Source of the DNA: Ignatzschineria sp.
GTDB lineage: Bacteria > Pseudomonadota > Gammaproteobacteria > Cardiobacteriales > Wohlfahrtiimonadaceae
Reading direction: 5' to 3'
Length of the DNA: 58,077 nucleotides
Assembly: GCA_030151245.1 (NCBI GenBank)
Contig: JASLEF010000016.1
Coordinates: 1-58,077, forward strand
Made by a program: the position numbers and the translations under genes. Below the pieces are notes generated by a model. It saw nothing but the letters and a program-made list of their open reading frames with translations, was not told the origin of the DNA and did no database searches. Positions 1 through 11,644 of this stretch are shown here, one piece after another. The first letter of the stretch is position 1; every line of letters starts with the position of its first letter.

Positions 1-672
1 ATCAGCAAAAGAGGCTGAACTATTAAAAAGTTTCAAGAAATGCTCAATATCTAGATCATTTGATAAATTAGGATAACGAATAATGTGATCTATTTCGCTC
101 CAGCCTTCCTCAAAAAGTGTTCGCATCTGAATCTCGACATAAACACGATCATCTTTATCGCCGGTTTCAATAATATAATGAATAGAACGATAACCAATAT
201 CATGAACTTTCTTCACAAATCGCTCATCCGATAGATAACTGGTATCATCACCGAGTCGATAAAAACAGGTGGGTGTTTCATAGAGATGGTATTTTTCACG
301 AATATAATGATCAAGAATTAAAGCATCATCTTTGAAAAGATGTAGAACCCGAATTCCAATAAGATCTGTAATCACGGACGCATAGTTGTGAACTGAAATA
401 TTTTGATATTTCTCAGATTGCTGGAGTTGCTTTCTTAAAATTTTTGCCATTAAATGGGCAGAATCTTTAATTCGCCAGCGTACAGAATGCACATGCTGAT
501 TTAAAAGAAGCTTCGAGGAAATATGGGATGCGACAATGGAAAGTTCACGGTCTTGCGACTGATGATGATTCCCTATCTCTACCAATTCATCCCACTGAAT
601 TCGAGTGCGATCAAAAGTATCAATTGGCAAATGATAGGCCGTTAAAAATTCTTCAGGTGTCCACTTATTCAT
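1..672 (-). CDS. RelA/SpoT synthetase-domain protein (small alarmone synthetase-like), 3' end outside window
   Basis: Translated by hand from ATG at 672; open for 224 codons to the edge: MNKWTPEEFL...SVRWRIKD...TDLIGIRVLHLF...GYRSIHYII...VEIQMRTLFEEGWSEIDHIIRYP. Has the RxK, D-x-x-G-x-R, GYxSxH and EIQxRT motifs of the (p)ppGpp synthetase domain and no N-terminal hydrolase domain. Confidence 0.85.
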   Translation of the reverse strand, partial: MNKWTPEEFLTAYHLPIDTFDRTRIQWDELVEIGNHHQSQDRELSIVASHISSKLLLNQHVHSVRWRIKDSAHLMAKILRKQLQQSEKYQNISVHNYASVITDLIGIRVLHLFKDDALILDHYIREKYHLYETPTCFYRLGDDTSYLSDERFVKKVHDIGYRSIHYIIETGDKDDRVYVEIQMRTLFEEGWSEIDHIIRYPNLSNDLDIEHFLKLFNSSASFAD

Positions 673-1005
673 AACAACTCAACTTTAATTAATAAGGAAC
701 TTATTATTACAAATAAAATTAACAGTTACCTTATTTAAATAGCGCAATTACGACAACCTGTAAGGAATGTTAAATCAATCAATCACTTACTGATTTTTTA
801 TCAAGTAGATATAAAGATATCGTAGAATCTTTTTATTATTTTCCAATACCAAACAGGCTTAAACTAACGCTTTTATCTCTCTATGCTTATTAAATAAGCA
901 ACTAGATTCTCTTATTTAAATCCTAAAAAGACTTCATTCTCGTCATACTAAGAGACTGTGAAAAACAGTATTTTGGGGAATGTTAATTAACTCTTATAGG
1001 ATCAT

Positions 1006-1030
1006 AAAAAAATCCCCGTGAAAGGGGATT
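1006..1030 (-). terminator. Intrinsic terminator after mnmA
   Basis: Minus strand AATCCCC-TTTCAC-GGGGATT followed by a T run. Confidence 0.75.
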
Positions 1031-1085
1031 CTTCTACATAAGTTTAAAAGTGATTTGCTAGATTGGGAAATCACTTAATCATAAC

Positions 1086-2183
1086 TTAATTAATTTTAGA
1101 CTCAATAAATGCCCCCCCTAAGCAAATATCTCCATCATAAAAGACGATGGATTGCCCAGGAGTAATCGCGCGCTGAGGTTTCGTGAAATCAACACGAATA
1201 CGATTATTTTCATCTAGCGTTACCTGACACTTCACATCTTTTTGACGATAACGGATTTTTGCGGTTAAACGAGGATTCACATCTGTCCAATCAATCGGAT
1301 TGATCTCATGTAATTCTCGAGCAATTAAGCCGCTACCATAAAGTTCTTTCTGATCACCTTGAACGACAATGAGTTTGTTATTTTTGAGATCTTTATCTGC
1401 CACAAACCATGGTTCACCATTTGAATCTTTACGACCGCCAATTCCTAAGCCTTGTCGCTGTCCTATCGTATAAAAAGCTAATCCTTTATGCTGCGCGACC
1501 ACTTCCCCATTTGGTAAGATCATATCTCCGGGTTCAGTTGGTAAGTATTGCATAATAAAATCTGTAAAATCACGCTCACCAATAAAGCAAATACCCGTAG
1601 AATCCTTCTTATCAAAGGTAATCAGCTTATTATCTAACGCTATTTGTCGCACTTCTGATTTTTCATAATCACCTATTGGGAATAAGGTATTAATCAACTG
1701 TTGCTGATTTAGAAGATATAAAAAATAGCTCTGATCCTTGTTATCATCAATACCTTTTAAAAGATATGCTTTTCCCTCCTCTCGCTTAACGCGGGTATAG
1801 TGCCCTGTGGCTAAATAGTCAGCCCCTAACTCCTCTGCATATTCTAAAAAAGCCTTAAACTTGATCTCTTTATTACAAAGCACATCAGGATTCGGTGTTA
1901 AACCGTCTTTTAATGTTTCTAAAAAATAATCAAATACGCGTTCTTTGTAATTTTTTGCAAAATTGACCTTATGTAGTGGAATTCCTAAAGTTTCACAAAC
2001 AGCTTCCGCATCTTTAAGGTCATCTTCAGCAGTACAATATCCCTGATCGAACTCTTCCTCCCAGTTCTTCATAAAAACGCCGTGAACATCAGCGCCTCTC
2101 TCTTTTAAAAGAAACGCCGCAACTGAAGAGTCAACTCCGCCGCTCATACCCACTATTACGCGTTTGCCTTTAATATCTTCCAT
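1086..2183 (-). CDS. mnmA: tRNA 2-thiouridine(34) synthase MnmA
   Basis: SGGVDS PP-loop, [37 protein letters not shown]. Confidence 0.97.
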   Translation of the reverse strand: MEDIKGKRVIVGMSGGVDSSVAAFLLKERGADVHGVFMKNWEEEFDQGYCTAEDDLKDAEAVCETLGIPLHKVNFAKNYKERVFDYFLETLKDGLTPNPDVLCNKEIKFKAFLEYAEELGADYLATGHYTRVKREEGKAYLLKGIDDNKDQSYFLYLLNQQQLINTLFPIGDYEKSEVRQIALDNKLITFDKKDSTGICFIGERDFTDFIMQYLPTEPGDMILPNGEVVAQHKGLAFYTIGQRQGLGIGGRKDSNGEPWFVADKDLKNNKLIVVQGDQKELYGSGLIARELHEINPIDWTDVNPRLTAKIRYRQKDVKCQVTLDENNRIRVDFTKPQRAITPGQSIVFYDGDICLGGAFIESKIN

Positions 2184-2248
2184 CTTTTATAACGTCCTTA
2201 CGTTTCGTCAACTTTAATGACGACTCTGTCTTAAAGCTTTTAAAATAT

Positions 2249-2285
2249 AAAAACCCCAAAACAATATCGATTATTATGAGGTTTT
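2249..2285 (-). terminator. Probable terminator after prc
   Basis: Minus strand AAAACCTCA...TGGGGTTTTT imperfect stem with T tail. Confidence 0.5.
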
Positions 2286-2397
2286 AAATTGAGGTTTTTT
2301 ATAGAGATACTGACTAGGAGTATCGCCTATGCTATTTTTCATTGAAGATTACGACAATCATGGATTGATGATTCAATGAAAAATCTACGGATTCTTT

Positions 2398-4560
2398 TTA
2401 CTTCTTCTGATTTTGAAGGTCTACAATATCTCTCAAGATCAATAATCCCTCTTCGAGAAGAAGATCCGTCTCCGTCTCTTTTAGTAGTTTTGTATATGAA
2501 CCATCTTCATTACGAAATTCTTCTAATGTCAGTGGTTCGAAATCATATAGCACTCGCATCCGATTTTGTAAGTCAAGATTTTCCGCTTCTTCTTCTTTTA
2601 ACTTCTCTTTTCGTGTTTGAAGATTTAAGCTTAACTCATTGATCTTCCAAAGATCCAATGTTTTATCTGCTTGACGTTGATGAATTTGATGTTTTTCATC
2701 CGTTTTAAATCGAGCCGAACTTTTTGCTTGTAGCTTATCAATCACTGACGGCGTAATAACAACTGAAGGGTCGTAGTCAGGCGCAGCTTCTATTGTATCC
2801 CAGGGCATGACATACATCTCTTTAGCTTCTCCGATTTCCGTTGGATCATAGCTACTTGGCAATGTCACATCTGGTACAACGCCTTTTTCCTGAGTTGTCT
2901 CACCATTGGCACGATAGAATTTTGCAATAGTGACCTTCGATTGTCCTGGTTTTGTGGATTTCGCTAAAATTCGACTTAAATCAATCATTGTTTGCACAGT
3001 GCCTTTTCCAAAGCTCGTTGATCCTGCAATAATTGCTCGACCTTGATCTTGCATACTTCCTGCGAATATTTCACTGGCTGAAGCACTTAAACGGTCAATA
3101 AGAACTACCATAGGCCCTGAATAGATAAGATCTTCTTTAACACTCCCCTGAGCATCTGTATTACCATCAAATCCACGTGTTTGAACCACTGTTTTATTGC
3201 TACCAATAAAGAGCGCTGAAAGATCTATCACTTCTGTTAATGATCCCCCACCATTACCTCGTAAATCAATCACTAAACCATCAATATCTTCTTTTTGTAC
3301 TAGTGGTAAAAGTAACTTTTTAACATCTCGAGTTGTACTCTTAAAGTCTTCAACACCCTGCTTGCTGCCTTCAAAATCACTATAGAATGCAGGCAACGTA
3401 ATAACCCCGAGCTTATACTCTTCCTCACTATTTTCAGAAGGAATCGTAAAGACTTCAGACTTTGCTTCTTGCTCTTCAAGCTTTACGGTATCACGGGTAA
3501 TTTTAACGATTTTTTCAGCACCTTTACCTTTATTGCCAATCATTTGTAAACGAACTGTCGTCCCTTTTTCACCCCGAACCATTTCAACAACTTTATCTAA
3601 ACGCATCCCGACGATATCGACAAACTCACCATCTTCACCTTGTGCGACGCCAATGATTTCATCACCAATTTGCACCTGGCCGGTTAAATCTGCAGGCCCG
3701 CCTGTGACCACTTCTACAATTTTTACAGAATCATCATCTTGACGTAAAACGGTACCAATTCCCTGAAGTGATAAGCTCATACTGATATTAAACTGCTCCA
3801 TCTGTTTTGCAGAGTAATAACCAGAGTGAGGGTCAAAACCTAATGAAATTACATTCATCACTAAACTAAATAATTCACCCTCTTCCATATCATGAATTCG
3901 TTTACTACGGGTGTTATAACGTTTTTGAAGCTTCTCTTTTGCTTCAACTAAGGTGAGCTTTTCATCGGTCACCATTAGATTAATCAATTCATTTTGTAAC
4001 CGATCTTTCCAAAGAGCCCGTAATTCCGCTTTATCTTTAGGATAAGCTTCATCTTTGCGTTGAATAATAATCTGCTTATCAACCTCAAAGTCAAAATCTT
4101 CTGCTAATAGATCTTCCACTAGTGCATATTGCTCATCCATTCGTTGAAGTAGTAATGCATACATCTCATAAGGAACTTCAAGTTTCGAGCGTTTCACAAA
4201 GTCATCAAATTTATAACGATAACGTTCAAAGCCATCAATATCTGATTGTATAAAAAATATTTTTTGGGGATCCAACGCCTTTAAATAGAGAGTATAGATT
4301 CGCTCTGATAAGACATCATCAATAGGTAAACGATCATAATGATACTGCGCTAAAATGGCAGAATGTGCAGAGTTAATTAACTGCTCATTATAACTAGGCG
4401 CAGCGATAACAGCGCTCTGTTGTGTCTCATTACTTGGCTTTGCAGCAATAGAAAAACCTCCCCAGATAAGCGAGGATGCAATTAATGCACTGCTGACTAT
4501 TTTAGCAAACCGATTTTTTATAAACTTTTTCTCATTTAACATTGCGTTGTCTATATCCAT
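2398..4560 (-). CDS. prc: Tail-specific (C-terminal processing) protease Prc/Tsp, S41 family
   Basis: Signal-like N-terminus, LDPQK, DPHS, PDZ region (GIG...GGPAD), DLRGNGGG, SASASEIFAG, GKGTVQ, KFYR. Confidence 0.93.
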   Translation of the reverse strand: MDIDNAMLNEKKFIKNRFAKIVSSALIASSLIWGGFSIAAKPSNETQQSAVIAAPSYNEQLINSAHSAILAQYHYDRLPIDDVLSERIYTLYLKALDPQKIFFIQSDIDGFERYRYKFDDFVKRSKLEVPYEMYALLLQRMDEQYALVEDLLAEDFDFEVDKQIIIQRKDEAYPKDKAELRALWKDRLQNELINLMVTDEKLTLVEAKEKLQKRYNTRSKRIHDMEEGELFSLVMNVISLGFDPHSGYYSAKQMEQFNISMSLSLQGIGTVLRQDDDSVKIVEVVTGGPADLTGQVQIGDEIIGVAQGEDGEFVDIVGMRLDKVVEMVRGEKGTTVRLQMIGNKGKGAEKIVKITRDTVKLEEQEAKSEVFTIPSENSEEEYKLGVITLPAFYSDFEGSKQGVEDFKSTTRDVKKLLLPLVQKEDIDGLVIDLRGNGGGSLTEVIDLSALFIGSNKTVVQTRGFDGNTDAQGSVKEDLIYSGPMVVLIDRLSASASEIFAGSMQDQGRAIIAGSTSFGKGTVQTMIDLSRILAKSTKPGQSKVTIAKFYRANGETTQEKGVVPDVTLPSSYDPTEIGEAKEMYVMPWDTIEAAPDYDPSVVITPSVIDKLQAKSSARFKTDEKHQIHQRQADKTLDLWKINELSLNLQTRKEKLKEEEAENLDLQNRMRVLYDFEPLTLEEFRNEDGSYTKLLKETETDLLLEEGLLILRDIVDLQNQKK

Positions 4561-4852
4561 TTTCTATTTGATTAGTACGCTATCACTAAATAACATAAAA
4601 CACTTCTAAGTATAGCGGAATGAGCGACAATTACTTATTTTTTTTCTACGCCTTTAGGTATCTTTTTCCTTAAAGCTTTGTACAGCTGCTTTTTGAATGA
4701 ATTACAACTTATTGTTCTAAGCTTTAAAACCTTCAAAATAATAAGCTAGAGTTTTCACTCTAGCTATCATATCGATAATCTAATTCTTTGTTAATAAAAA
4801 CATTATCTAATTTTTAACATTTATTATTTTGTATGATACTGATTAGTATTGA

Positions 4853-5953
4853 TTATGAATAATGCCTTGCTTCAAAATCTTTCATAAAGTTAGTTAATGC
4901 AATCACCCCTTCAATAGGCATTGCATTGTAAATACTAGCACGCATCCCACCAACACTACGATGCCCTTTTAAGTTAATCAATTTGTGTTCTTCCGCTTCT
5001 TTTAAGAAGAGTGAATCTAACGTAGGGTCTGCTAGAGTGAAAGGAATTGTCATGTTAGAGCGGGCATCAACATGAACAGGGTTACGATAAAGGCGACTAT
5101 TATCAATGGTGTTATAGAGCATAAAAGCTTTTTTATGATTAAGCTTTTCCATCTCTTCAAGCCCCCCTTTCTCTTTCAGCTCTTTCAGCACAAGACTCAT
5201 CAAATAAATAGCAAAAGTCGGCGGCGTATTAAGCATTGAATCATTTTCTGCTTGAAGCGTATAGTTAAGAGCATCAGGTACAAACTTAGACGCCTTACCT
5301 AAAAGGTCTTCACGTATAATGACAACTGTTAAACCTGCTGGCCCAATATTTTTTTGGGCGCCGGCATAGATGAGACCATATTGACTCACATCGATTCTTC
5401 TAGAAAGAATATTTGAGCTCATATCTGCGACAACAGGAATGGGGCAATTTTTAATATCATAAAAAAACTCAACCCCATTAATTGTCTCATTTGAGCAGAG
5501 ATGCAAATAAGCACTATTGGGATCTACATTAATCGCATTTTTATCAGGGACATTGACGTAGCCCTCCTCTTTACCACTATAAAGAATATTAGATAGTGCG
5601 TAACGACTTCCTTCAATTGCGGATTTTTTTGACCAAACGCCTGTTTCAAGATAATCAACAGTTGTTTTCCCGTCTCCCATGCGATCCCCAAGAAGATTCA
5701 TAGGAATCAAACCAAACTGCGCTAATCCGCCGCCTTGTAAAAACAAGACTTTGTAATTAACCGGGATATCAAGCAGTTCACGGAGATCCGCTTCACACTC
5801 TTTTGCTAACGCAACAAACTCTTTACCACGATGCGAAACCTCCATGACCGAAGCGCCTTGTTGCTGCCAGTCTAAAAGCTCTTCTTGTGCCTTTTTTAGC
5901 ACGTTGTACGGCATTGTTGCAGGTCCTGCACAGAAATTATAAGTGTCTCTCAC
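4853..5953 (-). CDS. serC: Phosphoserine aminotransferase
   Basis: NFCAGPA, EVSHRG, NETING, ADMSS, GAQKNIGPAG, NTPP, GHRSVGGMRASIYNA; GTG start. Confidence 0.97.
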   Translation of the reverse strand: MRDTYNFCAGPATMPYNVLKKAQEELLDWQQQGASVMEVSHRGKEFVALAKECEADLRELLDIPVNYKVLFLQGGGLAQFGLIPMNLLGDRMGDGKTTVDYLETGVWSKKSAIEGSRYALSNILYSGKEEGYVNVPDKNAINVDPNSAYLHLCSNETINGVEFFYDIKNCPIPVVADMSSNILSRRIDVSQYGLIYAGAQKNIGPAGLTVVIIREDLLGKASKFVPDALNYTLQAENDSMLNTPPTFAIYLMSLVLKELKEKGGLEEMEKLNHKKAFMLYNTIDNSRLYRNPVHVDARSNMTIPFTLADPTLDSLFLKEAEEHKLINLKGHRSVGGMRASIYNAMPIEGVIALTNFMKDFEARHYS

Positions 5954-6158
5954 GGCTCTAATCCTTTTCCCTTAGAAAAATCATTGAAATTATCTGTAAA
6001 TAATCGTCGTTTATCTTACTACGACAAGACAGATATTTCATGCTTTCCCTAATAAATATTCTTTCGCTGAATTATATTCATAAAGTGTCATCTATTTCTG
6101 CTAAACTAGTTCGTTTGAAAGAGATTAATTGGTTATAAACCATAAAGGGATTCGCATT

Positions 6159-6767
6159 ATGTCTTCTATTATAGATACTCAAATGTCACATTTAGTGCCG
6201 ATGGTTGTTGAACAAACAGGCCGTGGTGAGCGCTCTTACGATATTTACTCTCGTCTTTTAAAAGAACGAATTATTTTCATGGTAGGACAAGTTGAAGATC
6301 ACATGGCGAACTTAATCGTTGCGCAGATGCTCTTCCTTGAAGCTGAAGACCCTAATAAAGATATCCATCTCTATATCAATTCACCTGGTGGCTCTGTCAC
6401 CGCAGGAATGTCTATTTACGACACTATGCAATTTGTAAAACCTGATGTATCAACGATGTGTTTAGGTCAAGCTTGTAGCATGGGGGCATTTTTATTGGCA
6501 GCGGGTGCTGAGGGGAAACGTTTTGCACTTCCTAATGCTCGCGTCATGATCCATCAACCATTGGGTGGCTATCAAGGGCAAGCATCAGATATTGAGATTC
6601 ATACGCGTGAGATGTTAAAAATCAAAAAACAACTCAACACGCTATTAGCGCATCACACTCATAAAACGATAAAACAGATTGAAAAAGATACTGATCGCGA
6701 TAACTTTATGAGTGCAGAAGAAGCGGCAAAATATGGTTTAATTGACCAAGTCGTTACCAAGCGCTAA
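6159..6767 (+). CDS. clpP: ATP-dependent Clp protease proteolytic subunit
   Basis: [39 protein letters not shown] at 6159 follows AAAGGGA, preferred over the TTG at 6129. Confidence 0.97.
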   Translation: MSSIIDTQMSHLVPMVVEQTGRGERSYDIYSRLLKERIIFMVGQVEDHMANLIVAQMLFLEAEDPNKDIHLYINSPGGSVTAGMSIYDTMQFVKPDVSTMCLGQACSMGAFLLAAGAEGKRFALPNARVMIHQPLGGYQGQASDIEIHTREMLKIKKQLNTLLAHHTHKTIKQIEKDTDRDNFMSAEEAAKYGLIDQVVTKR

Positions 6768-6916
6768 TGAAGATTATTCTTATCTAGAGCTTGATATATT
6801 AAAAAATGACAACAAATAGTGAGTGTTGATACAGATAAGCTGTCTCAACACCCCAACATTTACTGATTGCATTGGCAATCAAGGTACTGACAAACTACCC
6901 GGAGTAGATTCACAAT

Positions 6917-8182
6917 ATGAGTAATAAAACAGACAAACCAACGAAAAGCGTTGAGTGCTCTTTCTGTGGTAAAGATCAAAGTGAAGCTGAACGTCTCATC
7001 TCTGGAAATGGCGTTTATATCTGTAAAGAGTGTATAGAGCTCTGTAATAATCTGGTCTTAGAAGATGTTAAAGCAGAGATTGAAGCAGAGGCTGAAAGTC
7101 TTCCTACGCCAAAAGAAATTTATGAAAACCTCGATCAATATGTGATTGGACAATCTCACGCTAAACGAACCTTAAGTGTGGCTGTTTATAATCATTATAA
7201 ACGTCTTAGCAGTGAGCAACTCAATGATCAAAATGATATTGAACTGAGTAAGAGTAATATTTTATTAATTGGTCCCACAGGTTCAGGAAAGACGTTGCTT
7301 GCAGAAACCCTTGCTAGAAGTCTTAATGTGCCCTTCGCAATTGCAGATGCAACAACATTAACGGAAGCCGGCTATGTTGGTGAAGATGTCGAAAATATTG
7401 TTCTCCGTCTTCTTCAAAACTGTGATTTTGATGTTGAAAGCGCTGAATCAGGCATTATTTACGTGGATGAAATCGATAAAATTTCTCGTAGAAGTGAAAA
7501 CCCTTCTATTACAAGAGATGTATCTGGTGAGGGTGTTCAACAAGCGTTACTGAAAATTATCGAAGGCACCACTGCCTCGGTATCCCCTAGCGGTGGGCGA
7601 AAACACCCCAATGCAGAACTCATTGAAGTGAATACTCGTAATATCCTCTTTATTTGTGGAGGCGCGTTTTCAGGGCTTGAAAAAATTGTTCAACAACGTC
7701 AGTCAAAAGGCGGCATTGGGTTTGGTGCTGAGGTAAAAACCACAGATGAAGAAAAAAATCTTTCCGAACTTTTTGCCCAAGTAGAAGCAGAAGACTTGGC
7801 GAAATATGGATTGATCCCAGAGTTTATTGGCCGTTTGCCGGTGATTACGACACTCGAAGAGCTTGATGAAAAAGCACTAGTCAACATTTTAACCGAACCT
7901 AAAAATGCCATTACAAAGCAGTTTTCATATCTCTTTGAGATGGAGGGCGTTGATTTAGAGTTTACAGAGGCGGCATTAACCGCAATTGCCCAAGAAGCCT
8001 TAAAACGTAAAACTGGTGCTCGAGGTCTAAGAAGTATTATCGAACATCTCTTGTTAGATACAATGTTTGAGCTTCCCTCCTTAGATAATGTCCAAAAAGT
8101 AATTGTTCATGAAAATTGCGTGACAGAAAAAATAGCACCCGAAATTGTCTATGCAAAAGAAGTGAAAGCTTCTAAAGCATAA
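6917..8182 (+). CDS. clpX: ATP-dependent Clp protease ATP-binding subunit
   Basis: CSFC/CKEC zinc finger, [16 protein letters not shown] loop, TGARGLR. Confidence 0.98.
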   Translation: MSNKTDKPTKSVECSFCGKDQSEAERLISGNGVYICKECIELCNNLVLEDVKAEIEAEAESLPTPKEIYENLDQYVIGQSHAKRTLSVAVYNHYKRLSSEQLNDQNDIELSKSNILLIGPTGSGKTLLAETLARSLNVPFAIADATTLTEAGYVGEDVENIVLRLLQNCDFDVESAESGIIYVDEIDKISRRSENPSITRDVSGEGVQQALLKIIEGTTASVSPSGGRKHPNAELIEVNTRNILFICGGAFSGLEKIVQQRQSKGGIGFGAEVKTTDEEKNLSELFAQVEAEDLAKYGLIPEFIGRLPVITTLEELDEKALVNILTEPKNAITKQFSYLFEMEGVDLEFTEAALTAIAQEALKRKTGARGLRSIIEHLLLDTMFELPSLDNVQKVIVHENCVTEKIAPEIVYAKEVKASKA

Positions 8183-8267
8183 TTTCTTTTACTACTAACT
8201 ACTGCATTTGATTGCACAATACTTTTAACTTAACACATAAAAAGGCGAGAAGAATCTCTTCATAGTT

Positions 8268-8939
8268 ATGGCAGATCACTTACAATCCCCTCCCCCAATC
8301 TCGATGCGTTTTCGAGGATTTTTACCGGTCGTTATAGATGTGGAAACAGGGGGCGTGAATCCTAGAACCGATGCTCTTTTAGAAATAGCGGCAGTCCTTG
8401 TTGATATGGATGAGTCTGGAAAACTTTCAACGACTGAGTCAGTATCAGCCCATGTTGAACCTGAAAAAGGACTTCTATTAAACCCAGAGTCAATGCGTAT
8501 CAATGGCATTAAGGTAGATAATCCTTTTCGTTTTGCTATTTCTGAAAAAGAAGCATTGAAAAAAATCTTCACAGTAGTACGTCAAGCACTTAAAGAGCAA
8601 GGATGCACCAGAGCTATCTTGGTAGGTCATAATGCGCACTTTGATCTAGGCTTTTTAAATGCAGCTATTGAACGAACGGGAATTAAAAACTCCCCTTTTC
8701 ACCCTTTCTCCGTGATTGATACAGTGAGTCTTGCTGGCCTTGCTTATGGGCAAACTGTACTGGCGAGATCTATCATGGCCGCAGGAATCGAATGGGATCA
8801 CAGTAAAGCGCATTCCGCACTTTATGATACTGAAAAAACCGCAGAGCTGTTTTGTAATATCGTTAATTTATGGCAAGAAAAAATTGGTTTCAATATTGCT
8901 CTATTTCAGGCGCATGATGACCCCATTGATGAGCGTTAA
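8268..8939 (+). CDS. rnt: Ribonuclease T
   Basis: [43 protein letters not shown]. Confidence 0.95.
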   Translation: MADHLQSPPPISMRFRGFLPVVIDVETGGVNPRTDALLEIAAVLVDMDESGKLSTTESVSAHVEPEKGLLLNPESMRINGIKVDNPFRFAISEKEALKKIFTVVRQALKEQGCTRAILVGHNAHFDLGFLNAAIERTGIKNSPFHPFSVIDTVSLAGLAYGQTVLARSIMAAGIEWDHSKAHSALYDTEKTAELFCNIVNLWQEKIGFNIALFQAHDDPIDER

Positions 8940-8993
8940 TTTCCTGAATAGTCTACGCTTACATAAAAACATTGTGATATAAGAGAATTTTGT

Positions 8994-10544
8994 ATGGATA
9001 AATTATATAACCGTCTACAACAGAACCTTGATCTCCTAGGTCCACATCAATCTAAAATTGCAGATATCAATATTGGACTTGAGCGTGAAACATTACGTGT
9101 TAACAAAAAAACGGGCCGTATTAGCGATCAAGACCACCCTAAAACAATAGGTTCTGCATTAACTCATAGCCACATTACAACAGACTTCGCGGAGTCAATG
9201 CTAGAGTTTGTCACTAATCCTGTTGATAGCCCAGAAAAAGCCTTACAAGACCTTAGTCATATTCAACGCTTTACTCTTAGTGAGCTTCAAGATGAGATTT
9301 TTTGGCCTGGCTCTATGCCGCCTTTTATTGCATCGGAGGATGAGATTGTTATTGCAAAATATGGTCACTCTAATGATGCAAAAATGAAATCCCTCTACCG
9401 CAAAGGATTGAGTTTACGTTATGGCAAAATGATGCAGGTCATCTCCGGCATTCATTATAACTTTTCTCTTAAGGATCATTTTTTTAAAGCATTTCAAGAT
9501 GCTAGTGGCAATAATGACTCTTTAGCCGCATTTAAAACTGAACGTTATCTTCATGCTTGTCGTAATGTTTCCCGTTATGGCTATGTTATTCCCTATTTAT
9601 TAGGCGCTTCTCCTGTCATGGATAAGAGCTTTTTAGCGGGAAAAGACAATAAATTTGATTCGCTCAATGAGACCGATAGTTATCTACCTCATGGAGAGTC
9701 CTTGCGCTTATCTGATATTGGTTATGGTAATAATAAGTGCCATTTCGATGTCTCCTTCAATAATATTGAGGAGTTTACCAAAAATATCCAATTTGCGATT
9801 TCAACGCCATGTAATATCTTTTCACAAATCCCGGTGATCGAAGCGGGCGAGTATCAACAAATTAATAACCATATCTTACAGATTGAAAATGAGTATTACG
9901 CAAGCATTCGCCCCAAACAGGTTATGCGTAAAGGTGAAAATTTTCTAACCGCATTAAACAAACGAGGCATCGAATATATTGAGCTTCGTTCAATAGATAT
10001 TAACCCTCTCTTAGCAGAAGGAATTGATCTTGCCTCTATGCAGTTTTTACAACTCTTTCTCACCGCTGCAATTTTAACTGATGCCCCTACTCTGTCACAA
10101 AAAGAGTATGAACATAATCAAAAAAATCTTAAAATCGTGGCAAAAACAGGATTACAATTAGATCAGGCATTTGTCGTGTCAGATCAGGAGACCACTTTAA
10201 AAGAAGCGCTTGTTTCAGTTATCGAATGGCTACAACCTATTGCTAATATTTTGGGAACAAAATATCAAGAAGCATTAGCGGTGATGATGAAAAAAATTGA
10301 AGATCCACAAAATCTTCCTTCAACACAGGTCTTACAAGCATTGAAAGCTAGTGAAAAATCCTATCAAGAGTTTTTCTTAGGTCAAGCCAATAAGCTTTAT
10401 GTTGAACAATTTAAGCCTCTAGATAGTGAAAAAACAGCGCAATTTAAAGTATTAGCCAAGGAGGCTTTAACAAAGCAAAAATTGATTGAAGATGCACCCC
10501 AGATTCCTTTTTCAGAATATCTAGAAAATTACTTTAAATTTTGA
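8994..10544 (+). CDS. gshA: Glutamate--cysteine ligase
   Basis: GLERETLRV, ITTDFAES, YGKMMQVISGIHYNFS, SLRLSDIGY, LQIENEYY, YIELR. Confidence 0.95.
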   Translation: MDKLYNRLQQNLDLLGPHQSKIADINIGLERETLRVNKKTGRISDQDHPKTIGSALTHSHITTDFAESMLEFVTNPVDSPEKALQDLSHIQRFTLSELQDEIFWPGSMPPFIASEDEIVIAKYGHSNDAKMKSLYRKGLSLRYGKMMQVISGIHYNFSLKDHFFKAFQDASGNNDSLAAFKTERYLHACRNVSRYGYVIPYLLGASPVMDKSFLAGKDNKFDSLNETDSYLPHGESLRLSDIGYGNNKCHFDVSFNNIEEFTKNIQFAISTPCNIFSQIPVIEAGEYQQINNHILQIENEYYASIRPKQVMRKGENFLTALNKRGIEYIELRSIDINPLLAEGIDLASMQFLQLFLTAAILTDAPTLSQKEYEHNQKNLKIVAKTGLQLDQAFVVSDQETTLKEALVSVIEWLQPIANILGTKYQEALAVMMKKIEDPQNLPSTQVLQALKASEKSYQEFFLGQANKLYVEQFKPLDSEKTAQFKVLAKEALTKQKLIEDAPQIPFSEYLENYFKF

Positions 10545-10582
10545 TATTTTAACCCTTCTTCAAATTTCCGAGGTACTTACCT

Positions 10583-11584
10583 GTGACTTCACATGTCTCT
10601 ATAGGCTCCCCGACACTCTATTTAGTGTTTGCGGTTATTGTTTCTATCATGATTTTGATCGATATGTTCGCCCTTAAGGCGAGTGGTGATCATAAAGTAA
10701 GCGCTAAAGAGGCTCTGACCTGGACGACTATCTGGATTACGGTGGCGCTTATCTTTGACTTAGGTCTTTGGGCCTATATTAAATATATGTTACCAGCCGA
10801 GAGTATCCCCGCTGTACTTGGCGACAATAGCTCCTATGCACTCGATAAAGCATTAGAGTTTCTAACTGGTTATGTTGTCGAAAAGTCCCTCTCAATTGAT
10901 AATATCTTTATCTTCTTACTAATCTTTAGTTATTTTAAAGTTCCCAATATCTATCAACGCCGTGTATTAGTTTATGGGGTATTAGCTGCTGTTTTCCTGC
11001 GTGTGGTTATGGTGTTGATTGGTAGCTATCTCATCTCAAAATTTGAATGGATCCTCTATCTGTTTGGTGCGTTCCTTCTCTTTACAGGGATTAAAATGTG
11101 TTTTGGGCATGATGAGGAGGCAGATCTTAGTCAAAATAAAATTGTGAAAATTACTAAAAGATTCTTCAAAACAACAGATGACTATCACAAAGAGCACTTT
11201 TTTATCATTCAAAATGGTATCAAATATGCGACACCGCTCTTTATCGTTTTGGTATTAATCACCATCTCCGATATTATTTTTGCGGTTGATTCTGTGCCGG
11301 CAGTATTTGCTGTGACAACAGATCCTTTTATTGTCATGACATCAAATGTTTTTGCTATTTTAGGTCTTCGCGCGATGTATTTCTTATTAGCGGATATGGC
11401 TGAGCGATTCCATCTCCTCCAATATGGTCTTGCGATTATCTTAATTTTTATCGGTATCAAAATGCTCATTCTCTATTTTGATTACCACTTTCCGACAGCA
11501 CTTTCTTTAAGTGTTATTTTAGGAACGCTGATAGGATCTATCCTACTTTCCCTTCTCTTCCCTAAAAAAGGCAAGGTATCGTAA
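10583..11584 (+). CDS. TerC/Alx family membrane protein
   Basis: EKSLSIDNIF, YQRRVLVYG, FAVDSVPA, SNVFAILGLRAMYF; GTG start with GAGG RBS. Confidence 0.92.
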   Translation: MTSHVSIGSPTLYLVFAVIVSIMILIDMFALKASGDHKVSAKEALTWTTIWITVALIFDLGLWAYIKYMLPAESIPAVLGDNSSYALDKALEFLTGYVVEKSLSIDNIFIFLLIFSYFKVPNIYQRRVLVYGVLAAVFLRVVMVLIGSYLISKFEWILYLFGAFLLFTGIKMCFGHDEEADLSQNKIVKITKRFFKTTDDYHKEHFFIIQNGIKYATPLFIVLVLITISDIIFAVDSVPAVFAVTTDPFIVMTSNVFAILGLRAMYFLLADMAERFHLLQYGLAIILIFIGIKMLILYFDYHFPTALSLSVILGTLIGSILLSLLFPKKGKVS

Positions 11585-11591
11585 TTTTGAT

Positions 11592-11618
11592 AAGTCTCGT
11601 TTTCAGCGAGACTTTTTT
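11592..11618 (+). terminator. Intrinsic terminator after terC-family gene
   Basis: AAGTCTCG-TTTTCAG-CGAGACTT followed by TTTT. Confidence 0.8.
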
Positions 11619-11644
11619 AATTCTCTTCGCACAAAGGACGCGTC

